A DNA stretch of 64,000 bases from NCBI GenBank assembly GCA_049323875.1, contig JBMOLW010000001.1, forward strand, positions 160,073 to 224,072, in the 5' to 3' direction. The notes under the pieces were generated by a model, which worked only from the letters and a program-made list of their open reading frames with translations, made no database searches and was not told the origin of the DNA. Within the stretch, counting starts at the first letter, position 1, and every line of letters begins with the position of its first letter. Origin of the DNA: Nitrospirota bacterium (GTDB lineage: Bacteria; Nitrospirota; Thermodesulfovibrionia; Thermodesulfovibrionales; SM23-35). Positions 30,058 through 40,145 of the stretch are shown here, piece by piece. Both the position numbers and the translations under genes were made by a program.

Positions 30058-33000
30058 TTGAAAAAAGAGACGCTTCTTCTCCCGAGGATACCGGTTTCAA
30101 CATACCGGGTACAATTCAACAGAGAATTCACGTTCAGCCACGCGAAGCTGATTATCCCCTATCTGCACCGCCTCGGCATAACCGACCTGTATGCTTCCCC
30201 TTACCTCAAGGCGAAGGAAGGAAGCATGCACGGATACGATATCGTAAATCCCCTGATGTTCAACCCTGAAATAGGGACAGACAGTGAATATACTGCCTTT
30301 GCAGAAGAACTCAGGAAACACGGTATGGGACAGATACTCGATATTGTACCCAACCATATGTGCATAACGAGCAGCCTGAACTCGTGGTGGACAGACGTCC
30401 TTGAAAACGGGCAGAGTTCCGTCTATGCCCATTTTTTCGATATCGACTGGAATCCGGTGAAGAAAGAACTGAAAAACAAGCTCCTCCTTCCCATACTCGG
30501 CGACCAGTACGGCAGGGTGCTCGAAAACCAGGAACTGAAACTCGAATTCAGGGAGGGCAGGTTCCTGATCTGCTATTACGATCATGTTTTCCCGGTTCGG
30601 CCCAAGACCTATCTGAACATTCTGTCGCATGGCATTGAAGAACTGAAAAAAAACCTTCCGGAAAACAACCCTGATCTGCTTGATCTCGAGAGCATCATCA
30701 CCGCACTGAAGCACCTTCCCTCGTATACGGAAAAGGACCGGCAGAGACAGCATGAACGGGACCGCGAAAAAGAGAGCATCAAAAAGCGGCTAATGGAATT
30801 GCACAGAAGGAGTGAAGCGATCAGGGAATTCATCGGGCAGAACCTGAGAGCGTTCAACGGGGAAAAAGGCAAACCGAGAAGTTTTGATCTCCTCGACAAA
30901 CTTATCAGCGAACAGGTATACAGACTCTCGTTCTGGAGGGTTGCAACAGAAGAGATAAATTACCGGAGATTTTTTGATATCAACGATCTTGCTGCTATAA
31001 AGATGGAATATCCGGACGTGTTCAGGGAAACACACCGGCTGGTGATGCGGCTGATCAGGGAAGGAATGGTCACGGGACTCAGGGTCGACCATCCCGACGG
31101 GCTTTACAACCCCCTCGAATATTTCCAGTGGCTCCAGCGAAGCTGTTTCGTACAGTTGCGGACCGGCCATCTGGAGAAGGTAAAAAAAGATATCCCGCCC
31201 GACGTGATTGAGAGCTTGCAGGAGGACATTCCCTTCCTCAATGAGAAAGACAGCATGAGAGCGGAAATCCGGAAAATTTACGATGCCATTCTCTCTTCAG
31301 ACCCCTCCTACAAACCTTTCTACATCGTGGGTGAGAAAATTCTCATCAGGGACGAACGGATGCCCGAAGAATGGCCTATCTTCAGCACGACCGGCTATGT
31401 TTTTCTGAATGCCGTGAACGGAATCTTCATAAAAGCAGAGCATGCAAAGGCAATGGACGACATCTATTCCCGTTTTACCAGGATGAGGATACATTTCCCT
31501 GAACTCATCTATGAGACGAAGAAGCTCATCATGCAGGTCGCCATGGCGAGCGAAATCCATATGCTGGGACATTATCTTAATATAATATCGGAAAAGAACA
31601 GACATACCCGGGATTTCACCCTGAACAGTCTTATTGCCGCAATTATAGAGGTCATCGCGTTCTTTCCGGTATACCGGACCTATATAACTGCGTCTCATGT
31701 GCATGAGCGGGACGTGCGGTACCTGGAACTTGCGGTTTCAAAGGCGAAGAGGAAGAACCCTGCAATCAGCGGGTCGATTTTCGACTTCCTCAAAGACGTC
31801 CTCCTGCTGCATTACCGGGAAAGCACGAGGGAACCGGACAAAAAAGAATGGGTTGATTTCACCATGAGGTTCCAGCAGATCACCGGACCTGTCATGGCAA
31901 AGGGACTCGAAGACACTGCTTTCTATGTCTATAACCGGCTCGTGTCTCTGAATGAGGTGGGAGGGAGTCCTGAGAGATTCGGGACCTCTCTCGATGCCTT
32001 CCATGGCAAAAATATCGAGCGGCTCAAGTTCTGGCCGCATGCACTCATTGCCACGGCAACCCACGACACGAAACGCAGCGAAGACGTCAGGGCGCGGATC
32101 AACGTGATATCCGAACTCCCCGAAGAGTGGAGGAAATGCCTGCTCACCTGGAGGCGACTCAACAGGAAGAAGAAACCTGTGGTCGACGGGCAGAAGGTGC
32201 CGGACCGGAGTGAGGAGTATCTTCTCTATCAGACCCTCGCAGGCGCGTGGCCGCTCGAAGAGATGGATGAAGCCGGTTACGGACAATTTACCGGGCGGAT
32301 CAGGGAGTATATGCTCAAGGCATCACGAGAGGCAAAGATCAACACAAGCTGGATCAATCCGAACAGCATGTACGAAGACGCCCTCATGGTCTTTGTCGAC
32401 GCTGTGATGCACAGGGATTCCAGCGGGGAGTTCATCAGTGATTTCTTGAGATTTCAGAAAAAAATATCCCATTACGGCATGTTCAATTCGCTGTCACAGA
32501 CCCTCCTGAAAATAACTTCGCCGGGAGTGCCGGATTTTTACCAGGGCACAGAACTCTGGGACTTCACCCTTGTCGACCCGGACAACAGGAGAGCTGTCGA
32601 CTACAGGCTGCGCACAGCGATGCTCGAGGAACTCGCGGGGAGCGAAACTTCGACCGGACTGCTGAACCTTTCAAGAGACCTCGTTGAGCACCGGGAAGAC
32701 GGAGGGATAAAACTCTTTCTCACCTGCCGGGCATTGCATTACCGGAGAAAGGTGCGGGAACTCTTCGAGCGGGGGGAGTATCTGCAGCTTGAAGTGACAG
32801 ATGGATACGGGCCTCATATATGCGCTTTCGCGAGGAGGCTGGGAACTGTGACTGCCGTCGTCGTCGCCCCAAGGCTTCTCACCGGCATTGCGCCCTACCC
32901 CGGCACCCTGCCGCTCGGGAGAGAAGTATGGCGCACTGCGGCCGTTATAGTCCCCTTTGAGGATGCAGGGGTGCGGTACACGAATATCTTCACCGGTGAG

Positions 33001-33102
33001 GTGATTACAGCGGAACCAGCAGAAGATACAACCGTGTTCTTCCTCGCTGAAATGCTCAGGCATTTCCCCGTAGCGTTATTCTCAAAAGGTGGAGGATTAT
33101 AA
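30058..33102 (+). CDS. treY: Malto-oligosyltrehalose synthase
   Basis: Motifs STYRVQF, DIVPNHM, INYRRFFDIN, GLRVDHPDGL, THDTKRSEDVR and PGVPDFYQG...LVDPDNRR. Confidence 0.93.
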   Translation: MKKETLLLPRIPVSTYRVQFNREFTFSHAKLIIPYLHRLGITDLYASPYLKAKEGSMHGYDIVNPLMFNPEIGTDSEYTAFAEELRKHGMGQILDIVPNHMCITSSLNSWWTDVLENGQSSVYAHFFDIDWNPVKKELKNKLLLPILGDQYGRVLENQELKLEFREGRFLICYYDHVFPVRPKTYLNILSHGIEELKKNLPENNPDLLDLESIITALKHLPSYTEKDRQRQHERDREKESIKKRLMELHRRSEAIREFIGQNLRAFNGEKGKPRSFDLLDKLISEQVYRLSFWRVATEEINYRRFFDINDLAAIKMEYPDVFRETHRLVMRLIREGMVTGLRVDHPDGLYNPLEYFQWLQRSCFVQLRTGHLEKVKKDIPPDVIESLQEDIPFLNEKDSMRAEIRKIYDAILSSDPSYKPFYIVGEKILIRDERMPEEWPIFSTTGYVFLNAVNGIFIKAEHAKAMDDIYSRFTRMRIHFPELIYETKKLIMQVAMASEIHMLGHYLNIISEKNRHTRDFTLNSLIAAIIEVIAFFPVYRTYITASHVHERDVRYLELAVSKAKRKNPAISGSIFDFLKDVLLLHYRESTREPDKKEWVDFTMRFQQITGPVMAKGLEDTAFYVYNRLVSLNEVGGSPERFGTSLDAFHGKNIERLKFWPHALIATATHDTKRSEDVRARINVISELPEEWRKCLLTWRRLNRKKKPVVDGQKVPDRSEEYLLYQTLAGAWPLEEMDEAGYGQFTGRIREYMLKASREAKINTSWINPNSMYEDALMVFVDAVMHRDSSGEFISDFLRFQKKISHYGMFNSLSQTLLKITSPGVPDFYQGTELWDFTLVDPDNRRAVDYRLRTAMLEELAGSETSTGLLNLSRDLVEHREDGGIKLFLTCRALHYRRKVRELFERGEYLQLEVTDGYGPHICAFARRLGTVTAVVVAPRLLTGIAPYPGTLPLGREVWRTAAVIVPFEDAGVRYTNIFTGEVITAEPAEDTTVFFLAEMLRHFPVALFSKGGGL

Positions 33103-33141
33103 TGCATTGGGTTACACTATTTCACAGGAGAAGACAGACTG

Positions 33142-34401
33142 ATGCATAGCATAACTCTCAGAAGCGATATCGCAGAAAAAGTCAGCGAAATACAGGATGC
33201 GGATATCCTGATCGGGATCCCGAGCTATAACAATGCCCGCACCATAGGTCATGTTGTAAAAGCGGTTCAGGCGGGTCTCGTCAAATATTTCCCCGGAAAA
33301 AAATCCGTGCTCGTGAATTCAGACGGCGGGTCTACCGACGGCACCATGGACGTCGTTCAGAATACGGCTATCGAGGACTTCCAGTCGATTCTCGTGCACC
33401 ACCGGGTCGGGCCGGTCTTCAAGATCGCGACTCCCTACCACGGAATACCCGGCAAGGGAAGCGCTTTCAAAACCATATTCGAAATTGCTGCCAGCCTGAA
33501 TGTAAAGGCATGTGCAGTAGTCGATTCTGACTTGAGAAGTATTACTCCGGAATGGATCGAACTCCTCATCAAACCGGTATTTGAAGGCGGCTTTGATTAT
33601 GTTGCCCCACTTTACCACAGACACAAATATGACGGCACCATTACGAACAGCATCATCTATCCCCTGACGAGAGCGTTATACGGCAAACGGGTCCGGCAGC
33701 CGATCGGGGGGGATTTCGGTTTTTCCGGAAACCTCGCACAATTCTATCTGTCGAAAGATGTCTGGGAAACCGATGTCGCAAAATACGGGATCGACATCTG
33801 GATGACGACGACTGCCATAGCGAACAATTTCAGAATCTGCCAGTCATTTCTCGGCGCGAAGATCCATGATCCCAAGGACCCGGGCGCAGACCTGAGCGCA
33901 ATGCTCTATCAGGTCGTAGGAGCCACCTTTGATCTCATGGAAACCTATACTGAGAAGTGGAAGACCGTAACCGCATCAGAGGAAGTTCCGACATTCGGAT
34001 TCGAATATGCGGTAGGGCTTGAACCAGTTTCGGTAAACCTTGACCGGATGATCGAGAAATTCAGGCTCGGGATAAAAGAACTGTTGCCGATATGGGAAAC
34101 ATTCATCCCCGCTGAGATTACCCATTTCCTCTCCAATATGGTCGTCGTCCGGAAAGAAGAATTTCATATACCTGATGAAGTATGGGTCAGGCTCATTTAC
34201 AGTTTTGCGCTTGCTGCACACAAGAAGGTTCTGAATAAAGAGCATCTCCTGAAATCTCTCACCCCGCTGTATATAGGCAGGGTCGCCTCATTCGTCTCAG
34301 AGACATGGGAGAGCAGTGCGTCCGATGTCGAAAGCAAGATCGACATGCTCAGCAAAAGCTTTGAAAACGGGAAAAATGTGTTACGAGAACAGTGGGATTA
34401 A
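33142..34401 (+). CDS. GT2-like glycosyltransferase, probable single-step glucosylglycerate synthase (Ggs/Mgs-like)
   Basis: Motifs GIPSYNNARTI, NSDGGSTDGT, GKGSAF, VDSDLRSITPEW, RHKYDGTITN, RQPIGGDFG and GAKIHDPKDP. Confidence 0.7.
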   Translation: MHSITLRSDIAEKVSEIQDADILIGIPSYNNARTIGHVVKAVQAGLVKYFPGKKSVLVNSDGGSTDGTMDVVQNTAIEDFQSILVHHRVGPVFKIATPYHGIPGKGSAFKTIFEIAASLNVKACAVVDSDLRSITPEWIELLIKPVFEGGFDYVAPLYHRHKYDGTITNSIIYPLTRALYGKRVRQPIGGDFGFSGNLAQFYLSKDVWETDVAKYGIDIWMTTTAIANNFRICQSFLGAKIHDPKDPGADLSAMLYQVVGATFDLMETYTEKWKTVTASEEVPTFGFEYAVGLEPVSVNLDRMIEKFRLGIKELLPIWETFIPAEITHFLSNMVVVRKEEFHIPDEVWVRLIYSFALAAHKKVLNKEHLLKSLTPLYIGRVASFVSETWESSASDVESKIDMLSKSFENGKNVLREQWD

Positions 34402-34416
34402 AGAAAGGGGGCATAT

Positions 34417-35115
34417 ATGAGCAATTTTTTCGATACGATACTGTTTGAACCATTCGAGAGGTTTCTGGAACGGCTGGTTCAATTTCTTCCCGATATCCTG
34501 ACCGGGGCACTTATCTTCCTCGCGGGTATTGTCCTCGGGCTGATTCTGAAGTCCCTGCTGCTCCGGTTCTTCAATGCAGTGAATCTCGACAGGTTTTCAG
34601 AACGGTTCGGCATGGTTGAGATGCTCAAGAAAGGAGGGGTAAAAGAACCGTTTTCCCTGATCCTCTCGCGACTCTTCGGATGGATCCTCATAATCAGTTT
34701 TTCGATTATCTCTCTCCGCTCGCTCAATATCCCTGCGATCGACCAGATACTCCAGAAGTTTATCCTGTACCTGCCGAATATTTTTGTGGCTTTTCTCATA
34801 CTCTTTCTCGGGTATCTCCTCAGTAATTTTCTCGGACGCGCCGCTCTGATTGCAGCAGTCAACGCCGGTCTTGCGCTTTCCGGATCGATCGGGAAATTCG
34901 TCAGGCTTACGATCTTTCTCCTTGCAGTCACTATGGCCCTTGAGCAACTCGGCATAGGGAAAGAAACAATCGTTATTGCGTTCTCTATTGTATTCGGCGG
35001 GGTTGTGCTGGCCCTTGCGATCGCATTCGGGCTCGGGGGGAAGGAACTTGCAAAAACCTACCTGGAAAAGAAGCTCCAGGGCAGGGAAAAGAAAGATGAA
35101 ATAAACCACCTGTAA
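34417..35115 (+). CDS. Conserved TM-helix repeat membrane protein (CmpX/MscS-associated type)
   Basis: Two repeats, FLPDILTG and YLPNIFVA. C-terminal LALAIAFGLGGKELA. Confidence 0.7.
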   Translation: MSNFFDTILFEPFERFLERLVQFLPDILTGALIFLAGIVLGLILKSLLLRFFNAVNLDRFSERFGMVEMLKKGGVKEPFSLILSRLFGWILIISFSIISLRSLNIPAIDQILQKFILYLPNIFVAFLILFLGYLLSNFLGRAALIAAVNAGLALSGSIGKFVRLTIFLLAVTMALEQLGIGKETIVIAFSIVFGGVVLALAIAFGLGGKELAKTYLEKKLQGREKKDEINHL

Positions 35116-35190
35116 AGCAGCGGGGCAAAGGGCTTCCTCTATCCAGGGAAAGGGACTTTTTGAGAACATACCTTCACTAAAGGGAAAAGA

Positions 35191-37875
35191 ATGAACTGGT
35201 ACCAGCTGGACCTGAAACAAATATTTCAGATACTCGGAACATCAGAGGCGGGTTTGCTCGAGGGCGACGCACTGCAGCGCTTTGAACAGTTCGGCCCGAA
35301 CAAACTTGCAGGGGACGAAGGGATCAGCAGGATAAAGATACTGCTCCATCAGTTTACCAGCCCGCTTATCTATATCCTCCTGATTGCCGGCGTTGTAACT
35401 CTCATGCTGAGAGAATATATCGATTCGGGCGTCATATTCGTGGTAGTAATGCTCAATGCAATTATAGGGTATTTGCAGGAATACAAGGCAGAGGAAAGTG
35501 TACGGTCGCTCAAGAAAATGGTCGTCCCGAGGGCAAAAGTCCTGAGGGAATGGAGAGAGAAAGAGATACCCAGCGAAGATCTCGTACCCGGTGATATCGT
35601 CCTGCTCGCATCCGGCATCAGAGTACCGGCAGACCTGCGGCTTTTTAAAACAGTTGAACTGAAGATTGAAGAGGCAATGCTTACCGGAGAATCCCTCCCG
35701 GCCGAAAAAACGGCTCGTACCCTGGACGAACCCAACCTGACCCCGGGTGACCAGAAAAACATGGCGTTTATGGGAACAATTGTTCTCAGCGGCAGGGCAA
35801 AGGGCGTTGTCGTAGAAACAGGCCGCAAGACCCTTCTCGGGAGCATCGCTCAGGAGGTGAAAGAGGCACGGCTGGTAAAAGCTCCCCTTCAGGAAAAGAT
35901 ACACCGCTTTGCCAGGACTATCGGATTTATCGTGCTGGGAGCCTCCTCATTCCTCTTCGTAATCGGACTGCTTCTTGGTGAGAACGCCCAAGACATGTTC
36001 ATGACCGCTGTCGCTGCTGCTGTCGCAACAATACCGGAAGGTCTCCCTGTAGTCGTAACGATTGCAATGGCTGTCGGAGTCGCAAAGATGGCGAGACATA
36101 ATGCTATCATCAGGAAACTTCATGCCGTTGAAACACTCGGAAGCACAACGGTCATCGGATCAGACAAAACCGGGACGCTTACAAAAAATGAAATGACCGT
36201 CAAACTCATCTTCAACGGAAACCATATATACGAGGCTGAGGGAAGCGGCTATGAACCCAAAGGCAACCTGCTCCGTGAAGGGTTACCGGCAGACATGAAA
36301 GAGATGAAGCACCTCATCCCTCTCCTGCGCATCGGCCTCCTGTGCAATGAATCGTCTCTCTACGAAGAAGAGGGTCAATACCGGATTGACGGAGACCCCA
36401 CAGAGGGAGCCCTTATCGTCTCCGCGATGAAGGCCGGGCTGAATACCGAAGAAGAAAAGGAGAAGTATGAGCAGACAGCAATCATACCTTTCGAATCCGA
36501 CCGCGGCTACATGGCGACCCTCCATAAACACAGAGGCAAGAAAATCATCTTTGTAAAGGGCGCCCCGGAGAAGATTCTTGGCATGTGCACGAGTTCGGCC
36601 GACGGCGGGGAATTCACCAAAAGAGAAGTGCTTAGAATCGCTTCGGAATTCGCCCATGAAGGACTCCGCGTTCTGGCATTTGCATACCGGGATGCACCTT
36701 CGGAACTCGAAGATCTCACCTGCAGGGAAACAGAGTGCCGGGATGTCGATTCCGGCCTCGTATTTGCAGGCCTTCAGGGCATGATAGACCCGCCGAGACC
36801 CGAGGCAGTGGAAGCGATCAGCAAGTGCAGGAAGGCAGGAATCCGTGTAGTGATGATTACCGGAGACCATGCCGTAACCGCCAAAACTATTGCGAAAAAG
36901 CTTGGCATTGCTGATGAACATGCAGAAGTTCTGTCAGGGAAAGAAATCGAAGAGATGGATGATCCGCAGCTTTTTCAGAAAGTGAAAAACGTTTCCGTCT
37001 ATGCGCGGGTATCGCCTCAGCATAAATTACGGATCACCCAGCAATTGAAGGATCATGGCGAGATAGTCGCCGTCACCGGAGACGGGGTGAACGATGCCCC
37101 CGCCCTGAAAGCGGCCCATATCGGAGTTGCAATGGGGAAAACCGGCACAGATGTCGCCAAAGAGGCGTCTGATATGGTGCTTGCCGATGATAACTTTGCA
37201 AGTATTTTTCATGCAGTAAGAGAGGGAAGAATTGTCTTCGACAATATCCGCAAGGTGACATTCTTCCTGATCCCTACAGGGATCGCTGCCATCCTCTCCA
37301 TTCTCGGGACGATCATCATGGGGATACCCATACCCTATGTGCCTGCGCAGCTCCTCTGGATAAATCTGGTGACGAACGGGTTGCAGGATGTTGCCCTGGC
37401 GTTTGAACCGGGAGAAGCGAACATACTCAACAGGCCTCCCAGAGACCCGAAGGAAGGCATCATGAACAAACTCCTCGTGGAAAGGACCATCCTGGTGGGT
37501 CTTCTCATCTCCGCGGGAGTCATATACAATTTCATTACTGCCCTTCAGGCCGGCGATTCTCTTGAAAAAGCAAGAACTGTCGCAGTGACAACCATGGTAT
37601 TCTTTCAGTTTTTCCAGGCATGGAACAGCCGCTCGGAACTGCAGTCGGTATTCCGTATAAGCCCGATGAGCAACATCTTCCTCTTCTACAGTATGATAGC
37701 CGCATTTCTTGCACAACTGTCGGTAATCTATGTGCCTGCGCTCCAATGGGTATTCAGAACCGAACCAATCACTCTGAACGAGTGGGCACAGATTATTATG
37801 GTCTCAGTTACGGTTATTCTGGCAGTGGAATTGGACAAATGGATAAGAAGGCGTAACCGAAAGGCACTGTATTGA
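35191..37875 (+). CDS. Cation-translocating P-type ATPase (P2A/Ca2+-like)
   Basis: Motifs TGES, IPEGLP, SDKTGTLT, KGAPE, TGDH, GDGVNDAPAL and QLLWINLVTNG. Confidence 0.93.
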   Translation: MNWYQLDLKQIFQILGTSEAGLLEGDALQRFEQFGPNKLAGDEGISRIKILLHQFTSPLIYILLIAGVVTLMLREYIDSGVIFVVVMLNAIIGYLQEYKAEESVRSLKKMVVPRAKVLREWREKEIPSEDLVPGDIVLLASGIRVPADLRLFKTVELKIEEAMLTGESLPAEKTARTLDEPNLTPGDQKNMAFMGTIVLSGRAKGVVVETGRKTLLGSIAQEVKEARLVKAPLQEKIHRFARTIGFIVLGASSFLFVIGLLLGENAQDMFMTAVAAAVATIPEGLPVVVTIAMAVGVAKMARHNAIIRKLHAVETLGSTTVIGSDKTGTLTKNEMTVKLIFNGNHIYEAEGSGYEPKGNLLREGLPADMKEMKHLIPLLRIGLLCNESSLYEEEGQYRIDGDPTEGALIVSAMKAGLNTEEEKEKYEQTAIIPFESDRGYMATLHKHRGKKIIFVKGAPEKILGMCTSSADGGEFTKREVLRIASEFAHEGLRVLAFAYRDAPSELEDLTCRETECRDVDSGLVFAGLQGMIDPPRPEAVEAISKCRKAGIRVVMITGDHAVTAKTIAKKLGIADEHAEVLSGKEIEEMDDPQLFQKVKNVSVYARVSPQHKLRITQQLKDHGEIVAVTGDGVNDAPALKAAHIGVAMGKTGTDVAKEASDMVLADDNFASIFHAVREGRIVFDNIRKVTFFLIPTGIAAILSILGTIIMGIPIPYVPAQLLWINLVTNGLQDVALAFEPGEANILNRPPRDPKEGIMNKLLVERTILVGLLISAGVIYNFITALQAGDSLEKARTVAVTTMVFFQFFQAWNSRSELQSVFRISPMSNIFLFYSMIAAFLAQLSVIYVPALQWVFRTEPITLNEWAQIIMVSVTVILAVELDKWIRRRNRKALY

Positions 37876-38002
37876 CCTGCCAGGAAGAGTTGTCGGCACA
37901 CCCTGCAGGGACAGCTTCAAGCGCGGAGAAGCAGGCAAGTGAATAAGCTTACTGGACGAGTTGCCTTTTCCCGCGCACAAGGAGATTGGGAAGGAGGAAA
38001 TC

Positions 38003-39124
38003 ATGAACGGAGGATTATTGCAGGGAGCATGGAAGATCGGCTCAATCATCGGAATACCCATCAAGATACATTTCTCCTGGGTCATCGTTTTTGGTCTGAT
38101 AACCTGGTCATTGTCCACGTATTATTTTCCCAGTGCAGCGCCTGATCTTCCGGCCGTTTCCTACTGGATAAAAGGAACCCTGGCAGCGCTGCTGCTGTTC
38201 ACCTCGGTCTGCGTTCATGAACTTGCCCACTCCATCGTGGCGAGGAGATATGGTCTGTCTATTATCAGCATTACCCTCTTCATTTTTGGCGGAGTTGCGC
38301 AGATCAAGGGAGAGCCGCCGCGCCCCGAAGCAGAATTCAGGATAGCGATAGCAGGGCCTGCATCAAGCTTTCTCCTGTCCGTTTTCTTCTTTTTTCTCTC
38401 TGTGAATACCGCCGGAGGAGTGAAAGCCCTTTTTTCGTATGTCTCCCAGATCAATCTCATCATAGGTGCATTCAACCTCATCCCGGGTTTTCCCATGGAT
38501 GGCGGAAGAGTCCTGCGTTCACTGATCTGGGAGAAGAAAAAAGATTTCTTTTATGCCACCCGGAAGGCGTCGGGGATAGGTCAGAAGATAGCCATATTTT
38601 TCATCTTTTTCGGAATTTTCTCGGTCTTTGCAGGAATGCCGGGGGGGCTCTGGTTCATGCTGATCGGATGGTTCCTCTTTACCGCCGCCCAGGCAAGCTA
38701 TCAGCAGTCGACCCTTCAGGAAACCCTCTCCGGGATAAAAGTTGCTGATATTATGGTGAGGGATATCGTAACTCTCAATGCATCAAGTACCCTTGAGGAG
38801 GCACTGAATGACTATTTTCTCCGTTATGGTTACGGCGGGTTTCCTGTTATGGATAACGGGAAGTATCTCGGAATCCTGAGCCTGAAAGAACTCAAGAAAA
38901 TCCCAAGGGCTGATTTCCGGAATACAGAGGTGGCTGATGTGTTCGCGCCGCACAGCAGGAAATGGGAAATTCCCCGCGATGATAGCGTCATCAGTGCACT
39001 CGAGACCATGATACGGGACGATATAGGGAGGCTCGTGGTAATAGAGGGTAACAGCCTTGCCGGTTTGATAACGAGAAACGGCATTACCCGTTACCTGCAG
39101 ATTATGGGAAAACAGGGGTTATAG
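38003..39124 (+). CDS. Site-2 protease (M50) with C-terminal CBS pair
   Basis: Motifs HELAH, IAIAGP and NLIPGFPMDGGR, followed by CBS repeats. Start follows AAGGAGG. Confidence 0.9.
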   Translation: MNGGLLQGAWKIGSIIGIPIKIHFSWVIVFGLITWSLSTYYFPSAAPDLPAVSYWIKGTLAALLLFTSVCVHELAHSIVARRYGLSIISITLFIFGGVAQIKGEPPRPEAEFRIAIAGPASSFLLSVFFFFLSVNTAGGVKALFSYVSQINLIIGAFNLIPGFPMDGGRVLRSLIWEKKKDFFYATRKASGIGQKIAIFFIFFGIFSVFAGMPGGLWFMLIGWFLFTAAQASYQQSTLQETLSGIKVADIMVRDIVTLNASSTLEEALNDYFLRYGYGGFPVMDNGKYLGILSLKELKKIPRADFRNTEVADVFAPHSRKWEIPRDDSVISALETMIRDDIGRLVVIEGNSLAGLITRNGITRYLQIMGKQGL

Positions 39125-39230
39125 GCCCGCATCACCCTGCAAGACATTCCGGCCGGACCCGGGAAGAGAAAGCAGATTTAAAAATACCAGAAAGTAATAA
39201 GCATGCGAGATATTCGGAAAGGAGATACTA

Positions 39231-40145
39231 ATGAAAGACAAGAAGAGATGCGAGATATTCCCTTCAGCCCTTGAAGACGCCCAAGCTGCCGAACTAACCG
39301 TGCCGTCTCCCCAGACACTCTCGCCTGCCTACCGTCTGGCATACCGGGATCATGATTTCTTGCTGAAGGACGAGCTGCGTCCTGTGCGGCTGCAGCTTGA
39401 ATTGCTCAAACCTGAACTCATCCTGAAGGAGCATGGCATCGAGAGTACGATCGTGATTTTCGGAAGCACCAGGATCCCTGAACGGGCAACTGCGCAGAGA
39501 CTGCTGGCAGAGGCAGAGGAGAATATTCGCAGAAATCCCGGAGATGAGTTATTTGCACGTAACGTGAAAATTGCGCAACGTATTCTTGAAAAATCCAGAT
39601 ATTATGAGGAGGCGCGGAAGCTGGCTTCCCTCATTTCCCGCAACGGCAAGTCATCGGGACATGCCGATCTTGTTGTTATTACAGGCGGTGGCCCCGGTAT
39701 CATGGAGGCAGCGAACCGCGGAGCGCATGATGCGGGCGCCGAGAGTATCGGCCTCAATATCGTCCTTCCGTTCGAAGAGAAACCCAACGAATATACGACA
39801 CCGGAACTCTGTTTCCAGTTCCACTATTTTGCGATCAGGAAAATGCATTTCCTGATACGGGCAAAGGCCCTCGTCGTCTTCCCCGGAGGGTTTGGAACCC
39901 TTGACGAACTCTTTGAAACGCTGACCCTTATCCAGACGCGGAAAATCAAGGCCATGCCGGTGCTGATCTTTGGGAGGGAATACTGGGATCGCATCATAAA
40001 CTTTGAAGCGCTTGTCGAAGAGGGCACCATCTCTCCCGGGGATATCAATCTTTTTCGGTATGTTGAAACAGCAGAGGAGGCATGGGGAATTATCTCAAAG
40101 GCGTATGATGTTTTAGGACCAAAGGAGATGGAGAATGGGCCGTAG
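39231..40145 (+). CDS. LOG family nucleotide phosphoribohydrolase
   Basis: Motifs TGGGPGIMEAANRGA, FHYFAIRKMHF and PGGFGTLDE. Confidence 0.9.
   Translation: MKDKKRCEIFPSALEDAQAAELTVPSPQTLSPAYRLAYRDHDFLLKDELRPVRLQLELLKPELILKEHGIESTIVIFGSTRIPERATAQRLLAEAEENIRRNPGDELFARNVKIAQRILEKSRYYEEARKLASLISRNGKSSGHADLVVITGGGPGIMEAANRGAHDAGAESIGLNIVLPFEEKPNEYTTPELCFQFHYFAIRKMHFLIRAKALVVFPGGFGTLDELFETLTLIQTRKIKAMPVLIFGREYWDRIINFEALVEEGTISPGDINLFRYVETAEEAWGIISKAYDVLGPKEMENGP

Noticed and set aside
35116-35190. Possible yybP-ykoY riboswitch before the P-type ATPase
   Set aside because: The gap is only 75 bp and lacks the AGGGGAGTAG core.
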